A stretch of DNA of 64,000 nucleotides from Lingula anatina (taxonomy: Eukaryota; Animalia; Brachiopoda): positions 8,618,001 to 8,682,000 of the forward strand of contig CM120642.1 in assembly GCA_051362555.1 (NCBI GenBank), read 5' to 3'. This document shows positions 11,786 through 26,971 of this stretch, in pieces (positions within the stretch are counted from its first letter, which is position 1; every line of letters begins with the position of its first letter). Position numbers and translations under genes: made by a program. A model generated the notes under the pieces. The model saw only the letters and a list, made by a program, of their open reading frames with translations, made no database searches and was not told the origin of the DNA.

Positions 11786-14700
11786 GTCTGCGAGACCAAG
11801 TCCAGTGGTTGAATGGGTCCAAAATATTTCAGCGTTAAGCGTTGTTTTGAGGACATATCCCCCGCCAGCCAAAATCAGGCTTAAAAAACCCTGTCATAAC
11901 GGTTATAATGTTAATAATATTATTATCATATATGTCTAGTGTTCATGAGCTTTATTTGTATTTAGATAAAGTGCGGTCATTTTGCCAATGATGTAGGGGT
12001 GAAATTGTTTCTTGCTTTTCTCTTTTACCTCGGTTCGTATTGTTTTGTACATGGCCTCAATGTTTCTGTATACAGTATGCGAGCTTTATACCATACTGTG
12101 GTTCCTGACAGAGCAGGACTTAGTTGTATGTATAAATTATCAATCTGTTGAGCCAATGATATATGCAGTTTGACACCGCTAAATTAAATGACTAAGTTTT
12201 TGGCAATAATGATTTATTGGATAGACGTAACAATATCATAAATATTACTATGGCGGATTTATTGCAGTGCCCCCTACAGTCGCACTGATTTGAATCTTCC
12301 ACTAATTGCCTCTGAGAGCCGGGTTATTTTTCATCATTACTCACCGACTTTCATAAAGTGGTTGGGTTTTAAATATTATCATAGAGCAAATACAAATATC
12401 CATCAGTGCGAACCAATACATTATATAGATATATGACAGAAATTTACAGAAAATTGAACTCAATTTCCCTTCTCATTCAACCACATTGTGGTCTTTAAAA
12501 CGATTTGGAGACGTTTGGAGACGTCTGAAGACTCTCATCACGTCTTTAAGAAGTGTGTGTATTAGTTAGATATTTCCATCAAAAATTCCCCATAGACTTG
12601 CGAAAATCTGTTTCAAAAGATATAATTCAGCAACGAGTTGAGAAAAATATGTACAGTTTTACATGCATGATACGCATGTATGATCTCCAATCCATTCCTC
12701 CTGAACCCGATAGACTGTGCACGTTATAGAGGACGATATTCACTGAATATCAGTGTACTCAAGCATATTATAAAGATTCCCAGTTGTAACTGTAGCTTAT
12801 CGTACAATGTAGTCAAATCAGACCCACTATTCTTAATATTAAAATGTTGGCCACAAAAAATGAGAAATCCATACGGTTTATCTTTTGGTGTGTACAAGTG
12901 GGCCTGTCTTTGCGCCACAGACCTGACATCTTCTTTAGAGCTCTGTGGTGGTAGGCCTACATTTAAAACAAGTGCAAGACACCCACCATGAAATATTCCA
13001 AACATCTCGATATCGGTTTTTGCATCAAGACGCTCACCAGGTGTTTGTCAAACGAAATCATTTGGTATTTTAACGTCTTAGAGACGCTGTACGAACGCTT
13101 TTCGAACCAGAAAACGTCAAAGGCGTGTTCATGACCAAAACCAGTGATTAACAGATAGAAAGCGGAGCTTCAAAATGGCCCATGCGTTTTTGAATGCATA
13201 ACACCGTTTGTAGTGAAGGAAATATGTCGCTTAATATACAAGGCAATTTCAATAAAAGTAAAAATTCTTGTATCTCAATAACGCAAGATTTATAATACCA
13301 AAAGAAACAGAGGTTAATTCTCACGCTGTTTGATTCAAACAGTTTGATTCAAACTGTTTAATTCTGTCTTAGGACAGATTTTCTGTCATAGCAATTGCAT
13401 TGCAATACAGGAAAATTAGAAATCTCAAATACAATCCATACCATATTATATACTGTACATCAAGTGAAATAAGGTATTCGTTTTGCAAGAAAAAAATATG
13501 ATATCAGAATTAAATTTTAAGTGTTTCATTATTCAGCATGTAAGAAAGAAATGAAGACCTTTTACAGAACTTTTACAGAAGATTGTCATGATTAGTTCGT
13601 TGAAAATATACACAACCAGACTTCCGCTCGTTGACCCTGGGATAACGGATTTAATTGGGCCCCCTTCAGTTCCTACTGTGTCATGGCAATTATAGATCTG
13701 ATTCAAATAATAAACGATGACTGTAAATCCAGCATAATATGTCATATCCCTTCTTTTTTATGTAATTTGACATGTCAGTATTGAAACGGAACTATGTCAT
13801 TTCTCTCTGTTTGTCCTTCCTCTCAAAATCAATAAGCATGACTCCACACGTCGCTTTCCCTCCTAAAATTTTGTTTGAGTGTATTAAAAAAGAGAATGCT
13901 CATGCCTTGAAAATATCTGGTGTGATATTCATAATGAACAAATATCATGGTTTGTGCAGTCTACTTTATGGATTATCAACTACTCGAAGAGCATTGTCAT
14001 TATCTTCACACTGCAAATTGCGGGTATTCGCGTCAAAACATAATTGTTCTCGTGATGAAGTATTGATGATTTGAAAAGGTTATTTTTCCCATCCTCCTTT
14101 TCACACCAACACGGTGAAGTATCGTCTATCGAAAATTAGATATCCCGTCATCGTTGTTATTGGTAAAAGGTGTTAGATATTTCTCATTATATCTGAATTA
14201 TTTCTCGGAGTCAGTAGTAGAATATTTACTTTGATGTATTATGCCTCTTCGGACTAAAGGAGCGCACTGTAATAAGTGTTTCATTATCATCAGAATTTTC
14301 GAGTTGCTGTTCGATTGGTGAACGCAGCGTTTCTCACGTACAACAAGCAGGTAAGATAAAGTTCCTGTTGTGCAATATTCTCCACTTTTGTGACAATTTG
14401 TGTGTGGTACTCAATGTATGGCAGAACTGTACAAATTCTAATTTTAATAGACTCAAAAATCCCAAAGCCTCTATACTTAACGTAATCAAAGCCTAAACAA
14501 TGCTTACAATGGCAGTTTAGATAATGCCAATTACCCATATATCTGTCATCATTAATATATAGCATTTCTGTGTCGCCAGCTAGAATTGAAAGGAAAAATG
14601 GTTTTTCATTTGTTAACGAGAGAAGATGAGCTGTATTAGAACTTGCGGGTGTATGTGATTGATAACTGTCGGTTAGACCTGTTCCATGTTGTTTGTTTTC

Positions 14701-17700
14701 TGTATGTTGTTCAATTAAAGTACCTGCGGCCTGCAACACAGAATGAAAAATATCGCCCATTCGCAATATCACTTAGCTGATTGCTCAATTGCCCCACAGC
14801 AAATCGTCTTACAATCAAAACATTGATGAGTGTGTAACGAACTTGTGCGTCTTATATCTATGGCAGTTTATATTCTGTTATTATTTCTTAATCTAAAGAA
14901 GATATATGTTAAATGAAGCGTACAGAAAAAGAGTATTTTGCAAGCATTCCCGAGGGTACTAATATCACAGAGCATTCATTACAATCATGTATCAATATTA
15001 ATAGTGCTGCTATTCTAGTGCTCATCTAGTGTTGAGCAATGATATGTGTCACGACAAGCTTGTATAGGTTGCAACCTATGCACAACTGTACAGCAGTTGC
15101 TCGAGTGAATTTACGCTGTCAGACAGACTCTTCAAAGCAATGCATTTTTGGATTTTTAATAACTACATTGGATTTTTAATAACTATCCGGCATTTTATGC
15201 GTTTTTATTTTTTACCTTGCATTTTGAGGAAAGCTATAATATAAAACGGCTTGATGTTTCTCTCATCATACCTTGTGCAACCTCATATCATGCTGATCAA
15301 CGAAAAATAATATAGAATGAGTTTAAGTGTAACGGTGATGAATGCAGCCTTAGTTGCTATCTAATGAAATACGACGCGTCTAAACTCCATATGGCACCCA
15401 TCTTGAGCAGAGATAACGAGTACCACAACAGCTGGTTCGAGACAAACGGGCAGAGTAGTATCATCAGAAGGGAGTAATAGGCTTTCGTGATTAGTTTTTC
15501 GATTAATTTTCACCTCATTGCCTCGACTGTCGATTTTGTTTTCAGTAAAGCAGCGCCTTACTGCGTTGGACACACTAACTCAAACTAAATCAAGCAGACT
15601 GCCAGATTTCTAGATTAGATTTTGTTACATTTCTGACATTTCAAGCGATGTCTCACTCATAATCCCATCAGTGATTGTATCTGACAGATAATGCATGTTG
15701 CAAATGGCCATTCTGTCCATAGAGAAGAAGGACCGGACATTACGATATCGTTATTCATCTTCAGGCCCCTTGCCACGTGCTCGCTTTGTCGTCCAGACCA
15801 TTGTGTATAAATTGGATCGCAATTCAGGGTAATCTTTTTAATCTAACTGGTAATATATAGTGATAACTGACCAACTTAACTCAGAATAGATTTTAATATT
15901 TAAAATGATTTAAGACTTTTTGCTGCGCTTTGATTGTGTTGGTTTTCCTTCACCAAAACCATACCTCTAGTCCTTGTATTTTTTTTAATCTCTAAAAGCC
16001 AAAAGGATAGCAAATCTTGATTTGGGGACAAATATTTGCTCAAAGGTGTGCTAATTTGCTCAAAGGTGTCAATGTTTAAAAAGACGCCAGATGCAAATTT
16101 CTATATTTACTTTTTCTGCAAAAACTACTCATTCTTGCCATTTCACTAATTCAAAATGATAGAATTCCTAAAAAAGAAAAATAAATTTAAAAAAGACAAT
16201 ACAGGAAGATATGGCGGCGTAATTGACGTACTTGCCAGTCACTTAGAACTAATTAATTTAGTCAGAAATGCTATAATACAAGTGCAAGGACGGGTCTAGC
16301 AATGATTCTCAGAAAGGAGAAAATTACTTTTATTTCTAAGGGAAATTTCGATTTGGCTGGTTAATCCTATATTGAATACCTTTTAACCATTGTTTATATG
16401 AAAAGGTTAAGAGAATAGTCTGAGTGCGAGGAACTCATCAGTAACGTTTAAGCCATGCCATGCCTGTACATTACGGCTTTGAAACAAGTTGGTTTTGATC
16501 GATAGCATTTCACCATTTGAATAAATGAAATTTGTGAATTCACACATTGTGAAATGAATATACTTTACACCGGTGTACACAAATCTCCATACACCACGAC
16601 AAAACTGTTTAGCGAGAAGTTAGTCCAACTTATGTTAAATATCTTTTATCGCTTAAATCTAGAACTCGATATTCAATTCAAATGTCTCGTGGTTGAGCTT
16701 ACTTGTTATTAACAGGGATATCACGCGAGAGCTCGCGCGCGCGCGTGTGTGAGTGCACGAGGTTGTCCTCTTTGCACTTCCTTCGTTATTCGCACCCATC
16801 AATCAGCAGTCATTGTCGAGGAATAGCAGTTGTTACCGTCTCGTTCAAATCTATTACAGCGTCATCATTTGTCATGTGCAATGTGTCAGAATGTAATTGA
16901 GAAATTAATATCCCCTCGGAAAACACGTTCTTCTCAGTACTCATAAGGTTTTCCTTTGAAAATCAATTCATTATTTAATTCTTGCGCAACCTTAAAATAA
17001 AAGCAATATAAATTATCTTTCGCCACGCGGCATTAGATACATAAGGAAATGCATCTGTGAAGTTCCTTTTTTGCGAAGTGTTTTCTTCGTTTTAATTAAG
17101 AATTTTTTAAAGAGATTTATTAAGAATTTTGTGACATGAACATTTGACAAGTTCTTAATGTAAGCATTTTACGAAGCACACAAAAAGACAATTGGGCATT
17201 CAAAGTTCATTAAGTGGCTTCCTTAAATCTTGCCAAGATTAACAAATAATAGAATTGCGGCAAAGACAACTAGAATATTCAGTCTCTTATATAAATGGAG
17301 CCTGATCCATTTGACATAGATGCCTTCCATTGTAGCTCTCTGCTGTCAGAAAAACTAAACAGACATTACCCAAAGAAATTCAGATGCCCGATCTGTCAGT
17401 TTATTGCGTATCATGAACTGTACGTTATTGACACACAAGTGGCACATGTGCCTATGACGTACATATTTCTATAATCTGTCAGTAGCACTGAACTGATTTT
17501 TACAAATACATTTCAAATATCACAGTTAAATGTTTGTCTAGTTTACTGGCAATCCGAACTCCTTTTTTATTGCTACGAATGTACTTTTAAATCACAGTGA
17601 CGACTTGACAAAATTCATATATTATATATGTCTGTCAATGTCCGTTAAATGGTGTCGAGGCAAACAATATTAAAACTCAGTGCGTTGTATGAATACCACT

Positions 17701-17812
17701 CTCGAGGCAAATCCTATTGTTGGCAAATCCAATATCCCTGTATACATCACAAGATAACAAGACAATCACCAGTGATGCGAAAACCCACAACTTGAGACTG
17801 AGAACACGAATT

Positions 17813-17826
17813 GTTTCCATGGTAAC
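17813..17826. promoter_or_regulatory. RFX-binding X-box, candidate promoter element of the CNG channel gene
   Basis: GTTTCCATGGTAAC matches the 14-bp X-box consensus. An Inr-like TCAGTT lies at 17885-17890 and a splice donor GAG|GTAAAC at 17915/17916. Confidence 0.55.
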
Positions 17827-20800
17827 TTACCGCACAACTTCATCGCAATCAAGAACGAAGCCGTCACAGCAGTGCGCGGTGACTTCAGTTAGATTAAGAT
17901 TGAGAACGGAGCGAGGTAAACGTGAAACACAAAAATTCCGTTTTGTGTTTTTGAAAGGTAGGGCTCGTTATTTCTTTTTGAAAACGTGACAACATTTTGC
18001 TGATTACAGACGTTTATGACATCAATTTTGATGAAAATCTAACAATTTTAATTCTAAAAATTGCACCGGGTTTGTTGATGACACCGAGCGCATTGGAAAC
18101 ATACATTTTGTCAGTATGTTCAATGTGATTAACATCAAATTGTATTTTAATAGATGATATCCTTTAAGACTGCGACAAATCCTTAAAAATACATGTTTCT
18201 TACAAATATTCAAGTCCGTTACTTCAGAGATATGTGTATCTTATTTTTATCAACCTGTTAATCCTTTAGAAGTATGCAATATATGTCAAAACGATATAGT
18301 TATGATTTCCAAGACGTTATGTAAAGGATATATTCACTTCGTTTGTACACAGAGAATACAAGATATTCAGTTATTCACCTGGTTCAACATAAACATTAAG
18401 TTTAAGAGGAGACGTAGAGACGTTTCCGTATTAAGAACTAAATACGTTTGATCATGCTGTTCTTTTGGACGTTCTGAATACCACAATCAACATCAAAGTT
18501 TGCGATGCACGGATCTAACCATTGATTTAAGATCACTTCTTGACGTTCTGCTGTTCATCAAGTGTTGGTAATGGTTTCCATACGTGAGATAAAGCCACAG
18601 TAATTAGTTTTGATGCTAACGGTGCAAACTGCATATGTTTGCTTAATGATTGTCTCCATAAAAAAAAAAACAAGTAAATAGCTTATGGAGATGAAGAAGT
18701 GCATCCATATTTATACTGGGGGAGAGCGGAGGGAGGGGGGCGTGGGAGGACCATATTAGACATTCCCTTTGCTATCTAGATATATAGTTATATAGATACA
18801 AAATGTCTCAAGATAGTGATATGTGTATTTACTAAGCACCATTTTGGTGTACTTTGCTGCATGCAGCAGATTTCTTCCATGCTGTTTCGTGATCTTCGTG
18901 CTGTTGCGTGCATCAATATAGCAAGCTAGGCGCTTGGTGCTTGTGAATCTAAAGTAAATGATCGGGGCAACGTGAAATCCAATTAACCATTCAACAAAGA
19001 ATCGTGACAGAAATAAGGGTGAATGTACAAATGATGTTGGAACTACTCAGCGTTTGTCTTTTTCTTTCATTGCCAAGTGTGATATTTATTGGGATGGTGT
19101 AGGAACAAGTTGTGCATTTTTCAGCGTTCAACTATTTTGCTATCTCCATGCTATGTCCGTTTTGGCAATACAATGAATACAATACTAACACAGGGAAACT
19201 CGGAACATTTTACATGCCATTAGTTCTTAACTAGGGGGATTCCCTTGGCTTTCTACCTTTCGACCAATGCCAACAAGAGACCCGGGTTTCTAAAAACAAG
19301 GGGTGGATTAAAGAAACGGCAGAAATGATAAACTGGTGTGCGCCGATGCTAACTGTAATTATTGACCTTAAAAGTAAAAGGCAGTATGACAGCAGATAAG
19401 CACAGCGTTTCATCTACAACACAAATTATTTCCCTTCTCAGTTTTTTCCCTGGGGAAATACGTCCTTTCTATGAACACTCTAGTTTAGCGCGTAAGATTT
19501 TTCTTTTCAATTAGAAGATTGCAATATTAAATTTGAAACTCATTTAGGTGTTTGGGAAAACCTATAGAGGCGGCTAGTGGTTGTTAAAACGTGAATAAGA
19601 TAAGAAAACTGTCGACATTGATGCTATTAAGAATACACAAGGGGGAGATGGATTAGAAGTCGCTAGTTTGTGGGTGATATCAGAAATTCTTGTTTTAACA
19701 TTAATAAAGTAAGACGTGTTGCTGGCGATTGTTTTGTGGCGATAAGGAAAAAACAAGCCCTTACGCGTAGTTGCATAATCTATACCGTGGGTTGGGGATA
19801 ATTACAACACAGATGTAATTGTTAGTTTCTATTACTGAACTTTCTCTTGGAATATCTTGGAATAATCCGGTTATTAAGATTGTGAGCAATAATTTTGGGC
19901 TACAAGCAACAGGTCCGTGGTTAAGCTGAAAGTGAAAGATTTATAAAAATGATAAGACTGGTCTCAGCGATAGGGACCTCGGAGTACTTGCTTGCCTAGT
20001 CGCTCTGTTTTACAACGGCTCCAAAGGGAAGAATCATCATGCCCTCTAATCAGCTAGATAGCAATAAATGATCAGGGATAGATCTACTTTTTGTAATATC
20101 GGATTTGTTCTCTATCGGGTTATTTCGTTTCACTGAGCTTCATTTGTGCAGATGCAATTTTTCAATCCCGTGTTAATGCAGCCAATGAATAGGAAATTAC
20201 ATTATGATCCAGATATGAACTTGGCCTTTGTGAAATTAACAAGAGCGACAATTTGCACTAATCTGTTGGGATTACTACGATTACAGGTTACTTTCGTATT
20301 AATCTGTGCAAATCAGCTGCTTATTATTATCATTTGTCTGAATAGCTTCCTCGAAAAACATTCTTGCCACTAAGCGGCCACGTGCGTGTTAGTTTTCTAC
20401 AGGGTGCCTTCGCCTTTCCAGCCAAACGTGTTCGAAAGCGTTGTTGGCCCTCCCTTTTCTCGCAGAGTCTCGCATGTTCTCTCTCCTGGGGCACTCATTT
20501 GCATATCCTAAGCCTGCCACGTGCACTATATCCTCACTTATTTGAAAGTCTGATTATAATCTTTGTAATAAAGCAAAAGGATGAGTTTCAAATAACGGAT
20601 GTCAAGCTGGCAATCTTCCCTAATACTAAGCACTGCCGTCCTCTGTCGCAAAATGACAGCAGTGTAATCCAATACTTGGCATGCAAAACTGTCGGCTTAA
20701 ATAAAAACAGATGCATTCTCATTTGAGATCTAGAGATTGCATGCTGAACTAATTACTTTCCATATGAACGTTAGTTAAATGCCAGGAATACGTTCATAAG

Positions 20801-23800
20801 AGAATTACATATCTATAATCATGCTAGGTAAATCATGAGTTCTGCCGACTTCTTTATCTCGGTTTGATTCAACGGATATATATTTCCAGAGAAACCCCAT
20901 ATCCCCCTGGTAAAATCTGTCAAACAATTGCTTGTTTTTTCAGCATTATGCAAGGATTTGGCTATCTTAGGTGCTGACTCTGACTCAATGCATGGTTTAA
21001 CGGCTTGGTTTTGCGAAAGGCAGAGATCACTTTGGGAAACCCTATAAATGCATGTGCATTTACATGTACGGGTTCATCTCATCGACGTTTCCTTTACGCA
21101 AGTGCCCATTATTGGAAATAACGTTGAGAATGACATGCTATCTTATGTGATTGTTACAGCACGAAAGCTGTCCAATATCGAAGACATTTCCCCAATAGAT
21201 CACCTATCCCTTTATCACGATCTTCATAAATGTCGACTGTAAGGTGTTCCATAATTAATTACTTTTCTATGGGAACTCGAGGAAATTGTGATCAAAACAT
21301 ATAATGATAAGGAAAGTAAACCAGCAATGAACTTTGCCTAAAGTGTTTGTTATTGGAATATATGCTTTGTGTTTAGACTTTTAGACTAGCGGAATGTCTG
21401 GGTAGGAAAAGCATACCTAAATATTATTATCATCCAGCCTACATCGAGACAGCGAAAGTGAAATATCAGCAGAGCGGAATATGTTTCGTTATCTGAAAAA
21501 GAAATAGATATATATATGGAGTTCTTATCCATTCAAATAGACATTCAAGAGCATAGGATTGTCAAATAATGTTGGACTGAAATGCAAACAATATGTTTTA
21601 TATGTAAAATATTCTACAAGATCTATTATACATATGCAAAGTATTTCCTTAAGGTATATTCAAGGCAATTCCTTTCCTATGAAGAATCTTTTATTGTGAG
21701 TTGTTAACCAGTACCTAGTGAACTTTGGGCGTTGTGAACTTATGAATCATAGATTTAGTGAAGCACTGAACTTGGATTCCCATTATATAATGTCACAATA
21801 TACCTGACATTGCCAATGAGATCGTTTTGAGACCACAGTACAAGGCAAAGACCACAGGTAGGTCATACTTTTTTTTACAGTTTGTATAGCTGTGCATTTC
21901 TTTAAATATAACTGTCAACGCTGTTTTGAAAGACTGGCTATAACATAAGCTTCTTTCTTGAATCTGAACAAGACATAGCAACCAAACCAATGCATGATAA
22001 TGTATTGTTGATGATTGACAAAATGACAGGTTCTTAAGCACAAATTTACCATGTGCTGTATGATATGCCTCACGGTTTACCACCAATTCCTAATGACGAG
22101 ATCGTTTCTCTGGTAGTTCACTGAATGCAGACGTAGTGATTGGTCTACACGATAACAATAGCGTGTAAATGAGGACCATGGTAGATGGTTTTCCATTGTT
22201 CTAAACCAATTTCAGGTTTGTGCCTATGTAAAATGGACAACATACCGGTATGTAAACCGATACTGTCGTCACGTTTCAGTACGCTGCAGTGTTATTTGTC
22301 TCCCCTGTGACTGCGTATTATCAAAATTCTGTTCAATGCACATTCATTTTGCATTTCTTCATAAGATATTGACGATGTATCATCAATTGTATAAAAATCT
22401 CAAATGATTGTTTTCCATGAGATACAGCAGTTTGACATCATCCTAAACCTTAACCATTAAACAGCTATTATATGTAACCGTTCATTACCATTAGCAAACA
22501 TATATTCAATATTCAGACAGATTACAATATATCACAATGTTTCCTTTTTATTTAACAACTTTTTTAATTAAAGGGGGTATTTAAAAAATAAGGCGACCAT
22601 TTTCCTCAGAACTATATCCGCTAGCTGCTGTACTGGTACCTTTACTACTTAAAACATGTTTGTTCAGGATGTCTCAACTTGTGATAAACACGTGTGGTTT
22701 TGCATTTAACAAAAGCCATTTTAAAAAGCAATATCTATGCGAAAAAGATGGGGGTAGGTGCCTTTTATTCTTAGGTCTTCTCTTTCTGCCTGCTGGAAGC
22801 CATGGTTATACAAAATACATTGTGCTTTTCGACTGCCCAATCGATTCCTCGTAATTTCTTTGGCGGATTTCATATAATTAAGATCGTATTTGAATCTAAA
22901 GATTATGAAGGTGACTAAGACATATGGATTTATCACACTAATGAGGATAGAGTGAACGAAGATCAAGTCAGGTCAAGGGTTTACTGGTATTTTGCAAGCA
23001 GTCTATCGGACAACATGTTGCTCCCCATGTATCAGTTCTTGTCATCGCGTGTGCTATTCTTCTACGACACATATGATCGATCAATCCAATTCCCAGAAAT
23101 ACTAGATCAAATGAGGGCAAACTCTTTAAGCTGGAAACAAACCACATTTACATTCGTGTACACTTGAACTGTCAGGGTTGTTTGATTATGCGAAACTAAA
23201 CTAGGGTTCATCGAGGAGATAATGTGAAGAAATCCCTCATCTCGGAGTCTATTTTGGTGAAAAGAGAAGTAACTGGTACATAAGAAAGCCCCGTTTTTAA
23301 TTCTCATTTGGCATTGAGAAAATTGGGACAGTGCTCAAATGTTTGAAAGTCATTGAATATTATTATTATTATTGTTGTTGTTGTTGTTTGCAAGAGCTAT
23401 TCTTGATAGGGCTATAGCAATTCTAGGTGTGATTCTCTCCTTAAATAATGTTCCATTGAGGGTGAAAACAAATTTCAAGGATTTCTTCACGGAAATATCA
23501 TTTTCAATTTAGTTCTGAAAAAATATCAACTCGGGTTTTGGTACAGAGGCGGAATCTTAATTAAAGCTATTATTTAATTTTCCTTTCGGAATAGATATCG
23601 ATTGTTTTTATGCTTGGTCGTTCCCAATGTTGTTCGTTCTATCTCTCTGTGTATTCCAAAGGGCAGAGCTCTTTGCCGATAGTACAATTATCATTCAAAT
23701 TGATATCAGAGTCGTGTTTGTTAGATAGGCATATGTCAGGTTGTTTGATAGATATATTTGACCGGCATTCATTTTGCCCCCGCTACATGTCAGATACGTT

Positions 23801-26800
23801 ATTCGCTGGAGATTCGGCAAAGGGCAATTTCTGTTGATATTTGGACTCGTTTAGGACATATCTTGAATGCATTTTTATTCATGGAGGTGGGATGCTCTTG
23901 TTGTGTGTTTCGTGTACACCAGTAGTAGCTCAAAGTGACAGACACTGCCCACATATAGTATAATAGTTATTAAACACGAACGCTATTTTAACTGAAATAT
24001 GGTAAGTGGATAAGATCTGTATCGTGAATAAATTTACTCTGTAGCTTCAAAGTATAATTAAACCCGTGATTGTTCCAGTTTTTGCATTAAGTACTAAAGC
24101 AATATATTCATGTCAATTATCAACAAATAAATAAAAATGCAGTGAACTGTCTTGCCATGCGGTATTTTAAGGCAATAAATCTCGGCCTTGCTTATAAGAC
24201 AAAAAGTATATTACAATAATCGGTTATCTTTACCCATTGAACACGTTCCGGATGTCAAGATAGATGGACGAACCGTAATTTTCTATTTAACACTAAAAGG
24301 ATAACAACTGTTCATTTTGAAAAAAAAAATTTTTTTCTGGGGTAAACAGCAATTTTCCCACACTTATCAGTGGTTAATGAATCGATATCTACATTCAAAG
24401 TTAGTCCCTGGTTTTTTTCTAAAAAGTTTTTTATTGTAATAATCTCTTAAGAGGTTATTACAGAGTATATCCATCTATGGAGGTCACGTGGTCCGATGAC
24501 AAGCAGAGATTTTAGATCAATTGCTATAACGGCCGCTTTTGTGGTAAAATAAAATATATTATATTTCTATGAGTTGTTTACAAAGTATTTATTGTGAAAT
24601 ATAGATCTCATGCGAAGAGTTGCTATCCCTTTAAGTTAACAGTATTTTCTCCATACAACTGAAGTTTAACGGGAAGGCTGTGGAGGATTTTTACGGCAAT
24701 ATGAGGCCTGCCCACAGAGGCAAATTAATTTGTTTTGGCTTCCTTTCTTTTGGCACGACGGAAAGGCTCTGTCACTGCTAACAAAATCCTTGGTTACAAA
24801 GAAGGCAGAGAGCAACATGTAATTTCCGCCATTATTGCATTGCGTTTGAAATAGAGAACCCGTCGTGGTGACACAGGCGACTTATAAATGTCAAAGACAG
24901 ACGCAATGTGTTTAATCCACACATATTATTCGTCTCCCTGTGCGATACATTGTAAGAGCCATCAAACTCACGGCGGGCCCCAGCTCCAGACAATATTCAT
25001 AATATCGCCGGACCAAATGTTGCATAATCCAATATCGTAAGCAGATTATATTGATCAGAGCGGTCACAGATTAGATAAATGATACTTATCGCAAAGACTT
25101 GGATTTCTGCTTAAGGTCAATAACCCAGACAAAGACAAACCATCCATTTCTTATAATATTATGTAATACAGATATCACTGTCAATTTTTCTGGTTTCCAC
25201 GCAGACGCGGGCTTTGGGGATGGATTGCCCGCTTTGAATGGCATTGCAGTCAAGAACAGTTTCCAAAAGAATTGGACATTAGGTATTACTTAGAATTAGT
25301 TATCTACTTATTTTGACATATGTGAAAGAAAATACATTTTACAAAACGACGACCTATGAAATTGGTTCCGTCAACATTTAAAATAAACGGCCAGTAACGG
25401 AGTTCCCGCGTTTCATGTTTTTTAAACCCATTACAGTATAGGCTGGAGCCAGATTTGAACGACACTGAATATATAACATACTTAAAAACCATCCACGGAG
25501 TTTAAAGATAAACTTTTCTTATATATCGGATTTATGAGGACTGTATACGGCGGTGCGTTGATGAACGATCTAATATCCGACGTTGATGTCAAAGTGTCAG
25601 GATTCTAAGGACTGTGATGGATCATGCCGCTATAGAATATTGCGCAAACACGAAAACCTCATAAGAGCTCCTCGTTTAATGTCAAAATTGTTTTGTGCCA
25701 CACTATAGAAGAACAACTTGATTTTGCTACGACCGCAATTGTACGATGATATTTATTTACATTCTCTTCAAGTTCTGAGTTATGTTGACAAATTGGCATT
25801 GATTCTCACTTCTCCGCAATAGCAAATTTTCGTGTTTAAATTCATCGAACTCCTTACTTTCAGGTGTTTATTGTGTGTCTTTACTATTTCCAGATAAATT
25901 CGAGCCAGCGCGCTACAACTTAGAATGCAAGCAGTCCATCATGTATGACCTTTAGGGAGAAAATGGCATCAGAGAATTTGTGTAACAGAAAACTTGTGTG
26001 GGCCTAACGTATATAAGGAGCTCTTTACATATGACATATCAGGAGATAACGCTGTGCGACAATTACATTGGTTCACAGAATAAGAATGCCGTTATTCAGT
26101 AGACGACGATAATCGTTTGTATCAAATTTACCAGGCTAGCTGTTCTTTTCCAAATTATATCAATGGAGAACTTGTACTAGGCAACAGAGATGCAAAACTC
26201 ACAACACCATGGCGACTCTTAACACAAACAACTGAAGATGTACTTCATGTTCACATAGATGACATCTGATTAACTGAGAAAAAGTGCCTTCACAAAAATG
26301 GAGACTTCAAAACTTTGGCATCCTATGAAGAAAGTTAATAGACATTGTCTTTGAATTTGTCAACAAAACTGATTCAAAACAATATACGCATTTGGATTAC
26401 CTCACTAGAAACTCGGATGTTTTTACCTTTTTGTGTATTCTGTTCAAGGATCGATATCATACCTCTACATCCGGCTTTGTATTTAATGATACAGAGAACG
26501 CTGGAAGAACTCGCGCCAAAAAACAGCAGACGATATCACAGGGTCGAAATCAAGATCAACATGTACAGACTTATTGGGAAATATGAGACAACAGACCTTT
26601 AGCCTACGACAGTGCTCGGAAATAGATAAAAGAATGATCCTGATCACATTGTTAATTGCCTGATTCCCGAAACACGATGCTATTTACCACACATCAAGTA
26701 TGATTTTATTGAATCAACTACAAAAAGAATGACATTGGTTCCAGTGATGTTAATGTTCGAACAATGTACTTAAAACGCGCGAATTAAGAGATGACAGAGG

Positions 26801-26971
26801 TCCATGTGGATCATAAAAAATAAAGATACCACAATCCGCTGACACGCTGTACAAGGACACATTTAGACAAATGGATTTTCGATCAGTGGCACATCTAGAA
26901 GTCGATGACGTCATTCGTTATGAAACAATGACTTTAAAACGTTAAAAAAGAAACTGAACAAAACGATAATT

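Noticed and set aside
14290-14772. 160-aa minus-strand ORF in the intergenic region
   Set aside because: Non-ATG start, no recognisable motif and no convincing splice partners.
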